The position numbers were made by a program, and so were the translations under genes. The notes under the pieces are model-generated. The model was not told where the DNA came from. It worked only from the letters and a program-made list of their open reading frames with translations, and ran no database searches. From Promethearchaeota archaeon (GTDB taxonomy: Archaea > Asgardarchaeota > Lokiarchaeia > Sigyniarchaeales > SOKP01), in assembly GCA_011364975.1 (NCBI GenBank), contig RDOE01000005.1:1-64000 (forward strand): a stretch of DNA of 64,000 bases, written 5' to 3'. Shown one piece after another: positions 20,595 to 31,028 of this stretch (positions are counted from its first letter, which is position 1; each line of letters begins with the position of its first letter).

Positions 20595-21778
20595 TGTCAG
20601 AAGATAATAAGAACCTGTATTCAAGGTTAGGAGTTTCTTCCAAGAAAGAGGATGTGCATAAAGCAATCAATCAAATTGACAAAGGTTTATTCCCAGGGGC
20701 TTTCTGCAAAATTGTTCCAGATGTGATTGGAAGGAAGAATTACTGTTCAATTTTTCATTCGGATGGGGCGGGAACAAAGTCATCCTTAGCTTATATGTAT
20801 TATAAAGAAACAGATGATTTATCTGTCTTTAGGGATATTGTTCAAGATGCTATTGTAATGAATATAGATGACGTTGTGTGTGTTGGTGCAGTTGGAGATT
20901 ACTTTTTATCCAATAATGTTGGTAGAAACAGTCATTTTATATCGGGAGATATTATTAGCACAATTATAAATGAATATTCGTCATATAGTAGATTTTTAAC
21001 CGGTTTGGGTTTAAAATTGATATTATGCGGAGGAGAAACTGCTGATGTAGGAGATATCGTAAAATCATTATTAATAGATGCCTCTGTTTTTACTACAATG
21101 AAAAAGGAAGACGTTATTGATGCTAGCAATATTAAACCTAATGATGTAATTGTAGGATTTGCAAGCTCTGGTGAAGCAATTTATGAAGATAGATTTAATA
21201 GCGGAATAGGAAGTAATGGTTTAACTCTTGCAAGACACGGAGTATTATCGCATGAATATTATACTAAATATCCTGAATGTTACAATCAAGATCTTGATCC
21301 TAACATAGTTTTTTTTGGAAGGCACACCCTTACAGAAAAAATAAAGGATTATAATTTAACCGTGGGGAAAGCCTTGTTATCTCCAACCAGAACTTATACT
21401 CCTATTTTAATCGAGGTATTCAAGAAGTATCGAAAAGAAATCCATGGAGTTATACATAATACTGGAGGGGGTCAAACTAAAATCCTTAATTATGGAAGAG
21501 GAATTAGATATATAAAAAATAATTTGTTTAAGTTGCCTAAAATATTCGAGATTATTCAAAATTCTTCTGAAACTCAATGGAAAGAAATGTTTCAAGTGTT
21601 TAATATGGGGCATAGAATGGAACTATATTGCGATGAGGCTATTGCTGGAGAGATTATGAATATTTCACGCAAATTTAATGTGGAATCAAAAATAATCGGA
21701 CATTGTGAGAAAGCTAATGAGGAGAATAAAAACGAACTCGTAATTAATTCAGAGTTTGGTGCATTTAAATACGTTTAA
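20594..21778 (+). CDS. purM: AIR synthase (phosphoribosylformylglycinamidine cyclo-ligase)
   Basis: DGAGTK, MNIDD, GGETAD, GSNG, FNMG; overlaps purB by 1 nt. Confidence 0.93.
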   Translation: MSEDNKNLYSRLGVSSKKEDVHKAINQIDKGLFPGAFCKIVPDVIGRKNYCSIFHSDGAGTKSSLAYMYYKETDDLSVFRDIVQDAIVMNIDDVVCVGAVGDYFLSNNVGRNSHFISGDIISTIINEYSSYSRFLTGLGLKLILCGGETADVGDIVKSLLIDASVFTTMKKEDVIDASNIKPNDVIVGFASSGEAIYEDRFNSGIGSNGLTLARHGVLSHEYYTKYPECYNQDLDPNIVFFGRHTLTEKIKDYNLTVGKALLSPTRTYTPILIEVFKKYRKEIHGVIHNTGGGQTKILNYGRGIRYIKNNLFKLPKIFEIIQNSSETQWKEMFQVFNMGHRMELYCDEAIAGEIMNISRKFNVESKIIGHCEKANEENKNELVINSEFGAFKYV

Positions 21779-21889
21779 GTTAATAAAATATTTTCGAATT
21801 TATCAAGAATTTATTTCTGAGCAAATTAAAACAAAAAATTTAAAATAATTTCATAATAATTATTTTTTAATCAAAAGTAGTGGTAGATA

Positions 21890-22960
21890 ATGGGGAAAAA
21901 AAAATCACCTCTTAAAACTCTTTTTAAAGAAAGGGTATATTTTTTGTTCGAAGTCTTAATTATCTTTTTAGGCTTATTTATTTTTATGTTAATCCCAGTT
22001 TACTTGGTCCCCGTTCTTATAGAACCAAGTTCGGTACTTTTTGAACCGGTATATTATATTGTACGGGCAGTAAGTGCCATTATTGCAATAATTATCTTTT
22101 TATATCTATCCAACTTTATTATGGAATCTCAGAAACGAAAAGTTATTCTCAATGAGGATATAGTTCCTGCTCAAAACTTTATAAATCTTTTTCGAATTTC
22201 GAAAAAAAATGTTAAATATCAATTTCTATATGGAATTCTAATTTTATTTTTAATTTTTATTCCATTAGACTTTTTTACATATCTTTTTTTACCCGATATG
22301 ATAAGTTATTCCGCAATTGCATTAGATCCAAGTGCAGAATTTTCTTTAAATTCCTATCTCTTAGAAGATTATTTTATATTTCTAATTTCAGTGATAATTG
22401 TTCAAGTTTTTGTCGCGGTATATGAAGAAGCGCTAACGAGAGGATTTTTAACTAATAGAGGTAGCGATTATATGAACAAGATGTCTGCTGTTATCATCTC
22501 CTCATTCTTTTTTGGCCTTGGACATTATAGATATATTTTTACGCGAACTACGACTGGGTTTCCTGCATTGTATCCTTTTATATGGTTTATTCAGACCTTC
22601 TTAGTAGGCATAGTCCTTTCCATGATAGTCTTGAAAAAGCATTGGATTTTCCCAGTCATTTTTGCTCACGGTTTTAATAATATAATTTCTGCTCATGCTA
22701 TTTGGAATTACTTAAAAGCAAATGATTTTATCTTGATGACTCTCACAGTGTATATTCCATTATTAGTCATAAGCGTTATATTATTGGTATGGCAGTTCTC
22801 AAGAATTAAGGAGAGTATTACCTCCGGATTCAAAGAATTTAAATTATATTTCAAGAATGATGAGAATATTGGGGAGGAAACATTGGAGAAGTTCGTGAGG
22901 ATCATGTATGATTTCCTTTTTGGCTTTATAATCTTTTTAGTTGGGGTAATAATCATTTAA
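21890..22960 (+). CDS. CPBP (Rce1/Abi, CAAX-type) intramembrane metalloprotease
   Basis: EEALTRG, FFGLGH, HGFNN motifs in a multi-TM protein. Confidence 0.9.
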   Translation: MGKKKSPLKTLFKERVYFLFEVLIIFLGLFIFMLIPVYLVPVLIEPSSVLFEPVYYIVRAVSAIIAIIIFLYLSNFIMESQKRKVILNEDIVPAQNFINLFRISKKNVKYQFLYGILILFLIFIPLDFFTYLFLPDMISYSAIALDPSAEFSLNSYLLEDYFIFLISVIIVQVFVAVYEEALTRGFLTNRGSDYMNKMSAVIISSFFFGLGHYRYIFTRTTTGFPALYPFIWFIQTFLVGIVLSMIVLKKHWIFPVIFAHGFNNIISAHAIWNYLKANDFILMTLTVYIPLLVISVILLVWQFSRIKESITSGFKEFKLYFKNDENIGEETLEKFVRIMYDFLFGFIIFLVGVIII

Positions 22961-22966
22961 TGAGTA

Positions 22967-23500
22967 TTGATACGAATGGTGAAATTCGGTATTCTCTCTG
23001 ATACATTAATAACTTCAGAGGATAGTATAACGTATCAAAGGTTTATTTTGAGTCAAATTTCTAGCGCTTTTAAAGACGTGGATGAAATCATTCATGCGGG
23101 TAATATTATCGAACCCGAATTCTTAAAATTATTAAAATCAATTGCTCCTATTAGATGTGTTAAAGGGGATTTGGATCAAATTATGGAATTGAAAGAGTTT
23201 TTGAAAATTCCCGCTGGGGATTACAATCTAGGAGTAATACATAAGAAACCTGAAAATTTGGAGGTTTTTTATAAACAAAATAACTTACACATCTTGATTT
23301 TTGGACATACAAGACAAGCATTAATCGAGGGTACAAGATTTAATACGTTATTAATAAATCCGGGAAGCCCAACAAAACCCATTGCGCCTCCAGCTAAAAA
23401 AGGGTTTGAAAAACCACTCGCTCGACCGAGTGTAATTACACTTTCTATTGATGAAAACAATATTTTATCAACTTTTATAATAAACTTAAAAAACAAGTAA
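22967..23500 (+). CDS. Metallophosphoesterase-fold protein, Vps29/YfcE-like with degenerate metal site
   Basis: SDTL, HAGNI, VKGDLD, GHTR, INPGS. Confidence 0.85.
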   Translation: MIRMVKFGILSDTLITSEDSITYQRFILSQISSAFKDVDEIIHAGNIIEPEFLKLLKSIAPIRCVKGDLDQIMELKEFLKIPAGDYNLGVIHKKPENLEVFYKQNNLHILIFGHTRQALIEGTRFNTLLINPGSPTKPIAPPAKKGFEKPLARPSVITLSIDENNILSTFIINLKNK

Positions 23501-23597
23501 GTTAAAAATAAATATTATATCGTTCATATTATTTATACACAATTATATTTAGCAAGAAGTTTTATTCTTCTTGTAACTATCTTTAAACGGGTGGATA

Positions 23598-24002
23598 TTG
23601 GAAATGGTAAGCAGACTTGAAATGATTCTAAAGGAATTAAATGATAATGGGAATTTCAGAGCATCTCTTTTTGCAACTTCAACAGGACTTGTATTAGCAT
23701 CTCAAAAGTCAGAAAAAGTAGATGAGAGAGTTATAGCAGCTATGGGTTCGTTGTTGAGTGACGCTGCGTATAAAGCTTCTGAAGAAATGAATTTATCTGT
23801 TTTATCGAGTTTAAAAATAAAGTATCTTAAAGATTTTATAGTATGCCGTAATATCCTTATGCCTGATGGAAAAACTCAATTCATTTTAGCGGTTTTATCC
23901 AAACCACCGGAATCGGACGATATCGAAAAATATTATGATCAACTTCTAGATTGGGCAGTTGATAATTCTTCACAAGATTTAGAAAAATTATCTTCGATTT
24001 AA
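23598..24002 (+). CDS. Roadblock/LC7 domain protein
   Basis: Helix, then SLFATSTGLVLAS...ERVIAAMGSLL...ASEEMNL pattern. Confidence 0.85.
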   Translation: MEMVSRLEMILKELNDNGNFRASLFATSTGLVLASQKSEKVDERVIAAMGSLLSDAAYKASEEMNLSVLSSLKIKYLKDFIVCRNILMPDGKTQFILAVLSKPPESDDIEKYYDQLLDWAVDNSSQDLEKLSSI

Positions 24003-24121
24003 GCTAAACTAAGGCTTTAAAGAAATTTCTGTTTAAATATTTTCTAAATAAACTTAGATTCATTTTTTGTTTATAACTTAGAAATGAAAAGTTTAATTAT
24101 TCTTTTGTTACTTCAAAATAT

Positions 24122-25159
24122 ATGAAAGCTGCCTTTATTAAATCGCATGGAGATTTAGAGCAATTAAAAATTGGAGAACTTGATGCTCCGCAAATCAAAC
24201 CAAATGAAGTATTAATTAAGACGGAATTTAGTGCATTAAATCACATTGATATTTTTATAATTAAGGGTTGGCCGGGCTTAAGCCTTGAAATGCCTCATAT
24301 TTTAGGAAGTGATGGGAGTGGAGTTATTAAAGAAATAGGTTCCGCTGTTACAACTGTCAGTGTTGGAGATCGAGTTACGATTAATCCTGGATTAAGTTGT
24401 GGTAAATGCTATTTTTGTCTTTCAGGAAAGCAAAACTTTTGTAAAAATTTCTCAATAATGGGAGAAAATCAATGGGGGACTTTTTGTGAATTTTTTAAGG
24501 TTCCTGAAGAAAATGCACTACTCATTCCAAAAGATTTTTCATTTGAACTCGCTGCTGCAGCTCCTTTAACATTTCTAACCGCCTGGAGGGCTTTGACAAC
24601 TCAAGCTAATTTAAAACGAGAGGATTTTGTCTTAATACACGGCGCGGGAGGAGGTGTTTCTACAGCTGCAATTCAAATTGCTAAATACTTAGGAGCGAAA
24701 GTAATTACAACTACAAGTGATTCAAATAAAAAGAAGAAGGCTGAAGAGTTAGGAGCAGATTATGTTATAAATTATAAAGAGAATCGTGATTTTGGCAAAA
24801 CTATTTATTCAGAGATAACTAAAAAGAAGGGGGTAGATGTAGTACTTGATAGTGTGGGTAGGGATACCTTTCAGAATAGTTTAAGATTACTGCGACCAGG
24901 AGGATGCTTAGTTAGCCCAGGCGCGACTACAGGAGCAATAAGTGAAATTGATATCCGCCAAATTTTCTGGAAGCAATTAAAAGTAGTAGGTTCTACCATG
25001 AGCAATCAAAGAGAATTTAGGGAAGTAATGACCTTAATATTTCAAAAAAAACTCAAACCGATAATTGATAAAGTATTCCCTTTAAATGAGGTGAGAGAGG
25101 CGGAAAAATATTTAAAAGAAGGAAGCCAGTTTGGGAAGGTGCTTTTAAAGATAAATTGA
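24122..25159 (+). CDS. Zinc-containing medium-chain alcohol dehydrogenase/quinone reductase family
   Basis: PHILGSDGSG, structural CGKCYFC..C, GAGGGV, QFGKVLL. Confidence 0.92.
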   Translation: MKAAFIKSHGDLEQLKIGELDAPQIKPNEVLIKTEFSALNHIDIFIIKGWPGLSLEMPHILGSDGSGVIKEIGSAVTTVSVGDRVTINPGLSCGKCYFCLSGKQNFCKNFSIMGENQWGTFCEFFKVPEENALLIPKDFSFELAAAAPLTFLTAWRALTTQANLKREDFVLIHGAGGGVSTAAIQIAKYLGAKVITTTSDSNKKKKAEELGADYVINYKENRDFGKTIYSEITKKKGVDVVLDSVGRDTFQNSLRLLRPGGCLVSPGATTGAISEIDIRQIFWKQLKVVGSTMSNQREFREVMTLIFQKKLKPIIDKVFPLNEVREAEKYLKEGSQFGKVLLKIN

Positions 25160-25801
25160 TTAATGGAAAGTAGCTATAAAAAAATCATACACTTCTTTTG
25201 CAACTAAATGCTCAAAACCCCAATAAAAATGATCAGCCCCCTCAATTATTTTTTTTGTTTTGGGGGTTAAATAGTATTGATAATGTTCATTAAAATTAGT
25301 ATATAATGCGATAGTATCATTATCTCCTTGAATAAACAGCTTTGGTTTATCAGTTTGCGAAAGCTTTTTAAATTTTGAACCCATAAAATCCCATGGAAAA
25401 GAAATAGCACAATATCCTATGATTTTTTCAGAATAATTAACTGCTGAACACCCTATCGCAGCCCCATAAGAATAACCACAGATAAAAATTTTTTGATAAT
25501 TATAAATCGATATGAGATAATCAATGCACGCGTTTACATCACTTAATTCACCGGTTCCATCTGAATGTGAACCATTAGACAACCCAACTCCTCTGAAATT
25601 AAAACGTAAACTTGATATACCATTCGTTATGAAGGTGTTAAATACTGCAGATACCACATTATTATGCATATTTCCTCCATAACTCGGATGAGGATGTGTA
25701 ATTAAAATCGCGCCGTTGTGGTCATCAGAATGTGAAATGTAAATTTCTGCTTCGAGAATTAATTCACCATTTTTAATGAATACGTTTTTAATTTCTGGCA
25801 T
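25160..25801 (-). CDS. Alpha/beta hydrolase
   Basis: HPHP..GG.M.N, FNFRGVG, GYSYG nucleophile, GDND, GADHF. Confidence 0.92.
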   Translation of the reverse strand: MPEIKNVFIKNGELILEAEIYISHSDDHNGAILITHPHPSYGGNMHNNVVSAVFNTFITNGISSLRFNFRGVGLSNGSHSDGTGELSDVNACIDYLISIYNYQKIFICGYSYGAAIGCSAVNYSEKIIGYCAISFPWDFMGSKFKKLSQTDKPKLFIQGDNDTIALYTNFNEHYQYYLTPKTKKIIEGADHFYWGFEHLVAKEVYDFFIATFH

Positions 25802-25854
25802 ATTTTTAAAAAATTGTTAATCAATAATAATTCTCCTATATTTCAAATTTTATT

Positions 25855-26709
25855 ATGAGTTATAACCGAATATTAATTGAGGATAAATTACGGAAGTTCC
25901 TAGTTGAAGATAATAATTTTATTGATGTAAGTTCAAAATCTATTCCTTTTAAGTCTCAAACTTCCGCAAAGATTTATGCAAAAAGTAATGGGTATGTTTC
26001 TGGTCTTGAAGAGATGCAAATACTATTTGATATATTAAAAGTTCAAGTTAATTTGAAAAAAAGTGATGGAAATCAAGTTTTTAATGGTGAAGTTTTAGCA
26101 GAATTAAGAGGAAGCACTAGAGCTATTCTTTTAGGGGAAAGATTGGCCTTAAATCTCATGACTCATATGAGTGCGATTACAACTTCAACCCGCAAGTTTG
26201 GGGATATAATAAGAGAGTCTGGAAAACCAATAAAAATTGCCTGTACGAGAAAGACGCTTCCTGGACTTCGAATTTTTGCAAAAAAGGCTGTAGAATTAGG
26301 AAAGGGAGATACTCACCGTTTTAGTCTAGATGATATGGTTTTACTTAAGGATACGCATTTACGGTTTTATAAAGGAGATCTTGCATCATTAATCACGGAA
26401 ACGAGAAAATATACTAGTTTTACCAAGAAAATTGAAGTAGAGGTAGAGAACATTAATGATGTGGTAATTGCTGCAGAAAATGGAGCAGATATTATTATGT
26501 TAGATAATATGAGTCCTGAATTGGTCAAGGAAGCGATAGATATATTGAAACAAAAGGATTTACGTAGTAAAGTATTAATCGAAGTTTCAGGAAATATTAC
26601 CTTAGACAATATTGTTAGTTATTTACCATATGAACCAGATGTTATAAGCACGAGTATTATCACGCAAAAACCTTTCGAATATGTAGATTTTTCACTTAAG
26701 TTTGATTAA
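25855..26709 (+). CDS. nadC: Quinolinate phosphoribosyltransferase
   Basis: TRKTLPG, HRFSL, LKDTH, EVEV, MLDN, VSG. Confidence 0.96.
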   Translation: MSYNRILIEDKLRKFLVEDNNFIDVSSKSIPFKSQTSAKIYAKSNGYVSGLEEMQILFDILKVQVNLKKSDGNQVFNGEVLAELRGSTRAILLGERLALNLMTHMSAITTSTRKFGDIIRESGKPIKIACTRKTLPGLRIFAKKAVELGKGDTHRFSLDDMVLLKDTHLRFYKGDLASLITETRKYTSFTKKIEVEVENINDVVIAAENGADIIMLDNMSPELVKEAIDILKQKDLRSKVLIEVSGNITLDNIVSYLPYEPDVISTSIITQKPFEYVDFSLKFD

Positions 26710-26725
26710 TTTAATGAATGTATAA

Positions 26726-27118
26726 TTAATCAAGAATAACCTCATGAACTGAACAGGCTACATCCTTTATTCTTACAATTGATTGATATAAATCGTTAAT
26801 TACCTTAAACTCTCCTACTGCTAAAATGATTTCAATCTTTTTTTCTGCAATTCTCCAATCAGTTATAGCCTTAATAATAGAATGGAACTTATGATTAATT
26901 TCAGATATTTCATTAATTATAGGTTCTTTAAATGGATACACGAGATTTATAGTCATTATTCTATATCCTTCGATGTTATCAAACTTTTCATAGTTTTCAA
27001 TAAATTTTATGATCGAGTCCCTTAATGCTTCACTTTTCGATGCGAATCCACTTTCAATCCTTACTTTTTCAAATCGATCCAATAAATCGTCTGTAATTTG
27101 CAATGATATAATTTTCAT
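26726..27118 (-). CDS. CopG/RHH plus ACT-like regulator (NikR architecture)
   Basis: ISLQI...GFASKSEALRD ribbon-helix-helix, C-terminal NikR-like domain. Confidence 0.85.
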   Translation of the reverse strand: MKIISLQITDDLLDRFEKVRIESGFASKSEALRDSIIKFIENYEKFDNIEGYRIMTINLVYPFKEPIINEISEINHKFHSIIKAITDWRIAEKKIEIILAVGEFKVINDLYQSIVRIKDVACSVHEVILD

Positions 27119-27268
27119 TATATCATAATTTGATACCTTTTATAATAAACATTATAAATAAGAATAGTTATGATAGGAATTTGAAGCTAGGGTATTTTAT
27201 TAATATACTCAATAGTCTTGTCTAAATCATTACTAAATATTAATTCTAAGATCAACCCTCTCTTGTCG

Positions 27269-27943
27269 TTACTTTAGCATACCTTTAGGACAATTTGCGA
27301 ATAATTGTTTGAACATGTTATAGAATTTCTCCAAATTTTCCGCCTCTAAATTATAGGGTTTGCCTATTAATAAGGAGCCCCAATAAATTTTTGCTAATTT
27401 TTCAACAAACTCCGCATTTTTTATTGCGTTAAGTGCTGATTTCCCACAAACGATAACTCCATGATTTGCTAATAATGCCCCATTCTTATTTCCTAATGCC
27501 TTAATTGCTACTTCTCCCATGTCCTCCGTATGCGCTTCTCCATATTCTGAAATATCAATTGATCCCCCTAAATAAATTACTTGTTCTTCCATTATTATAG
27601 GGATACTTTTCCTAACAACTGATAACATTGTAGCAAATGTGGAGTGAGTATGAATGACACATTGGACTTTAGGACGGGTTTTAAATATTGCAACATGCAA
27701 CCTAACTTCAGTAGAGGGGAGTTTACCTGAGCTTAATGGTGTTCCATCAAATGCCATATGTGTGATTTGCTCTTTTGTTAAAAGATCATACTGATTTCCA
27801 GTGGGAGTTATAAGGTATTCTTCTTTTTTTCCTACTCGTAAACTTACATTTCCTTCATTATTTTCTACTAATCCTTTCTCGAAAATGGATTTCGCAGCAT
27901 CAACAACTATTCTCCTTAATTCATCTATTTTTTCTTGAGACAT
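27269..27943 (-). CDS. Class II aldolase (FucA-like)
   Basis: GNVS, ITPTG, PSTE, HTHS, LANHG. Confidence 0.93.
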   Translation of the reverse strand: MSQEKIDELRRIVVDAAKSIFEKGLVENNEGNVSLRVGKKEEYLITPTGNQYDLLTKEQITHMAFDGTPLSSGKLPSTEVRLHVAIFKTRPKVQCVIHTHSTFATMLSVVRKSIPIIMEEQVIYLGGSIDISEYGEAHTEDMGEVAIKALGNKNGALLANHGVIVCGKSALNAIKNAEFVEKLAKIYWGSLLIGKPYNLEAENLEKFYNMFKQLFANCPKGMLK

Positions 27944-28073
27944 AAAGAATAAAATTAAAAATTTAATAAATAATTAATTTTAAAATTAAAAATTCAATGT
28001 AGTCTAAATTTATTAAATTGTTTAAGATTTATCTTGATACGAATATGGATAATTTTACATAAAATGGAAGAAT

Positions 28074-29156
28074 ATGAGCCGCTTCATTTTTCATTGCGAT
28101 TTAGATTGCTTTTTTGCAGCAGTTGAGATTAGGGACAATCCAGAATATAAAGGAAAACCTGTCATTATTGGAGCAGACCCAAAGGGGGGTAAAGGTCGTG
28201 GAGTTGTGGCAACTTGTTCTTATGAAGCACGCAAATTCGGGTTACATTCTGCATTACCAATTTCTAAGGCGTATCAGTTGTGTCCTCACGGAATCTATTT
28301 ACGTCCGAGTTCGTCTAAATATAGTGAAGCATCTATAAAAGTTATGACCATCCTTCACTCGTATTCTCCTAGTTTTCAACAAGTAAGTATTGATGAGGCA
28401 TATATCGATGTTACAGGTATATGTAATAATTATGAAGAGGCAACAGCTTTAGCTCTAGAAATCCAGAAAGAAATATACCAGAAGGTCGGAATCACTCTGT
28501 CTATTGGGTGTGCTCCAACAAAATCCATTGCAAAAATTGCATCCGATCAAAATAAACCTAATGGAATCACAGTTATTAAGCCAGATGAGATTCATAGTTT
28601 CTTATACAATATGGATATAACTCGAATACCAGGGATTGGAAAAAAAACCAAGAAATATTACAATAAGTTGGGATTTTATATTATTGGGGATATCATTAAA
28701 ACTCCGTTACATATTATGATTGAAAAATTTGGAAAATATGGTAAATGGGTTTGGGAAATTGCCAATGGCCTTGATAATCGAGAAGTGAAGGAATTTCAGG
28801 AAGAAAGAAAATCAATTAGCAAAGAAAGGACCTTTTATGAAGATACAGGTGATTTCAACCTTATATTATCTAAATTTGAAGAGATTAACAGTAGAATTCA
28901 TACTTATGTAGAGAAACATAATATTTACTATAGAACTATAACTTTAAAAATACGATTTGAAGGATTTTTGACCTTTACAAGGTCTAAATCATTAAATTAT
29001 CCATTTCAAGATAAAGAAAAAGTAATGACTATCATTTTGAGTTTATATAACGAATTTTCAAAATACCCCAAAAAAGTTAGATTAATAGGAATTAAATTAT
29101 CAAATATCGAAAAACAAAAGAATAAAAAGCAATTACAGATCCTTCAATTTTCATGA
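28074..29156 (+). CDS. dinB: Y-family DNA polymerase IV
   Basis: DLDCFFAAVE, SYEAR, SIDEAY, AKIASD..KPNG. Confidence 0.96.
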   Translation: MSRFIFHCDLDCFFAAVEIRDNPEYKGKPVIIGADPKGGKGRGVVATCSYEARKFGLHSALPISKAYQLCPHGIYLRPSSSKYSEASIKVMTILHSYSPSFQQVSIDEAYIDVTGICNNYEEATALALEIQKEIYQKVGITLSIGCAPTKSIAKIASDQNKPNGITVIKPDEIHSFLYNMDITRIPGIGKKTKKYYNKLGFYIIGDIIKTPLHIMIEKFGKYGKWVWEIANGLDNREVKEFQEERKSISKERTFYEDTGDFNLILSKFEEINSRIHTYVEKHNIYYRTITLKIRFEGFLTFTRSKSLNYPFQDKEKVMTIILSLYNEFSKYPKKVRLIGIKLSNIEKQKNKKQLQILQFS

Positions 29157-30074
29157 GATTTTTATTTGTTTTAATAGATTCAATGCATTATTGTGAAGCA
29201 ATCCATTACTAGAGATGATTCCAGGACTGGTTATGACACATCTTTCATTAACAAATTCTACATCTTTTGTATTAAAGTCAGTCACTTTTCCCCCTGCTTC
29301 TTTAACTAATAAAGTCCCCGGTAAATAATCCCATGAAAATGAGTTATGCATATTCATTGGTTTAATATAGAGATCCGCACTTCCATCTGCAATCATACAA
29401 AATTTTAACATACTATCGATTTGAAGTGAATTAGTTATGCCTGCTTCTTTAACAAAATCAAAAACCCATGGTTTATTGTAATGTAACGAGATACAAATAC
29501 GTGCTTGTTGAAGATTATCCTTCTTACTTACACTTATTGAATTAAATCGTTTATCACCATAGGAAATTTTAGCCCCGCGTCCTTTTTCTGCAATAAAAAA
29601 AGCATTTCCTAGTTCATTATAATGAGGGACCCCAATAGCAGAAAATAACAAATCAGAACTTTTCATATAACCGATTCCAATAGCATAAGATAATCCCTGT
29701 TGATATCCGAGTGTTCCATCAATCGGATCGATTGTCCATTGGTAGTCTGATACTACCCCACTATAATTTATAATATCTTTAAAATCCAAATTAAGGTCAA
29801 TATTAAGAGATTTAAAACATTTTTTGATTAATTTCTCTGCATCGGGATCAAATGTATCGATATATTTTTCCTCTGCTATAATAGAATCATCCGGAAAATA
29901 TTTCCTTAATTTTGAAATTATATAAATTTGAGATGCATAATCTGCTAAGGTTACCGGTGATTTATCTTGTTTTAGATATGATTTGAAATTTTGATCCTTA
30001 AACCACTCTGTAATCTGTAATGCTTTTTGTAAAATTCTTTGTAATAAGAATGATTTTTCATTATTTGAAGTCAT
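29151..30074 (-). CDS. Inositol monophosphatase family, HAL2/SAL1-like 3'(2'),5'-bisphosphate nucleotidase
   Basis: DKSPVTLADYASQ, AEE, DPIDGT, WD motifs. Confidence 0.88.
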   Translation of the reverse strand: MTSNNEKSFLLQRILQKALQITEWFKDQNFKSYLKQDKSPVTLADYASQIYIISKLRKYFPDDSIIAEEKYIDTFDPDAEKLIKKCFKSLNIDLNLDFKDIINYSGVVSDYQWTIDPIDGTLGYQQGLSYAIGIGYMKSSDLLFSAIGVPHYNELGNAFFIAEKGRGAKISYGDKRFNSISVSKKDNLQQARICISLHYNKPWVFDFVKEAGITNSLQIDSMLKFCMIADGSADLYIKPMNMHNSFSWDYLPGTLLVKEAGGKVTDFNTKDVEFVNERCVITSPGIISSNGLLHNNALNLLKQIKIS

Positions 30075-30190
30075 GTTACATTTTCTAATTAAACTTAGAT
30101 TTTAAAATAATTCTGTCAATTATATGTTCTATAAGGTTGGAATTTTATAGAATCTTAAAATATAAATAAAAGTAATATTATCACTCTAAT

Positions 30191-30934
30191 ATGACTGAAT
30201 TACAGTTTATAGGAATGGTTTTTGAATCTTTCATAATAATTATTGCTGTAATATTATTAACTTTAGTGTATCTAAAATATACGCAAAAAAAACACCGATT
30301 GACCTTAACTCTCTTCTTTATATTCTTAAATTACACCCTCGCAATACTTTTTTCATGGCTTTCAAAAGTTTTAGTGTTATATTCTGGTATTGAATATATT
30401 TATAACAATACGCTTCCGGATCCTCAAACGCTAGAGTCTTGGATTTTATTTCGAATCACAGATTTTAGAATAAGCTTTGTCTTTCTAGCATTAGCGATAT
30501 TTTTTTCGTATATCCTAAAAGTAAACGTATTTGAGAAGGGCTATAATAAACTTCTTAGAATTATCATTTTCGTTTATACCATCTTCATATTAATGTATAC
30601 TATCCTAATATATCAACGGGGAAATACCTTATTAGATGTATTTGCATTCTTATTTATTTTTGTCTTCATGGCAGCGATATATATCCCATTTTTTGTTCGA
30701 GCGTTTCAGGCATATAAGTCTACTGAAAATGAAACGTTTAAAAATGCTTTCCTCTCACTTGCATTAATGAGCATAGCTTTTATTTTGATTCCTTTAAACT
30801 TTTTTGTTGATAGGCTTTTAATACTATTAGGCGGTCCCGGATTTTCAGTATTTTATTTTTTGGCCTGGATCTTTGGGATATTAGGAATGTTAGGGGCTTA
30901 TTTTGGGTATATTAGACCTAAAAGCACAGCATGA
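30191..30934 (+). CDS. Seven-TM membrane protein of unknown function
   Basis: Seven hydrophobic segments counted by eye; no soluble domain. Confidence 0.8.
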   Translation: MTELQFIGMVFESFIIIIAVILLTLVYLKYTQKKHRLTLTLFFIFLNYTLAILFSWLSKVLVLYSGIEYIYNNTLPDPQTLESWILFRITDFRISFVFLALAIFFSYILKVNVFEKGYNKLLRIIIFVYTIFILMYTILIYQRGNTLLDVFAFLFIFVFMAAIYIPFFVRAFQAYKSTENETFKNAFLSLALMSIAFILIPLNFFVDRLLILLGGPGFSVFYFLAWIFGILGMLGAYFGYIRPKSTA

Positions 30935-31028
30935 GGATTTTTATACTAAAAAGAAAAAGTAAATAAATATTTTTTATCTTCTTTTTTTTAATAAATATAT
31001 TTGATCGTTATGGTGTTTTGTTATTAAA

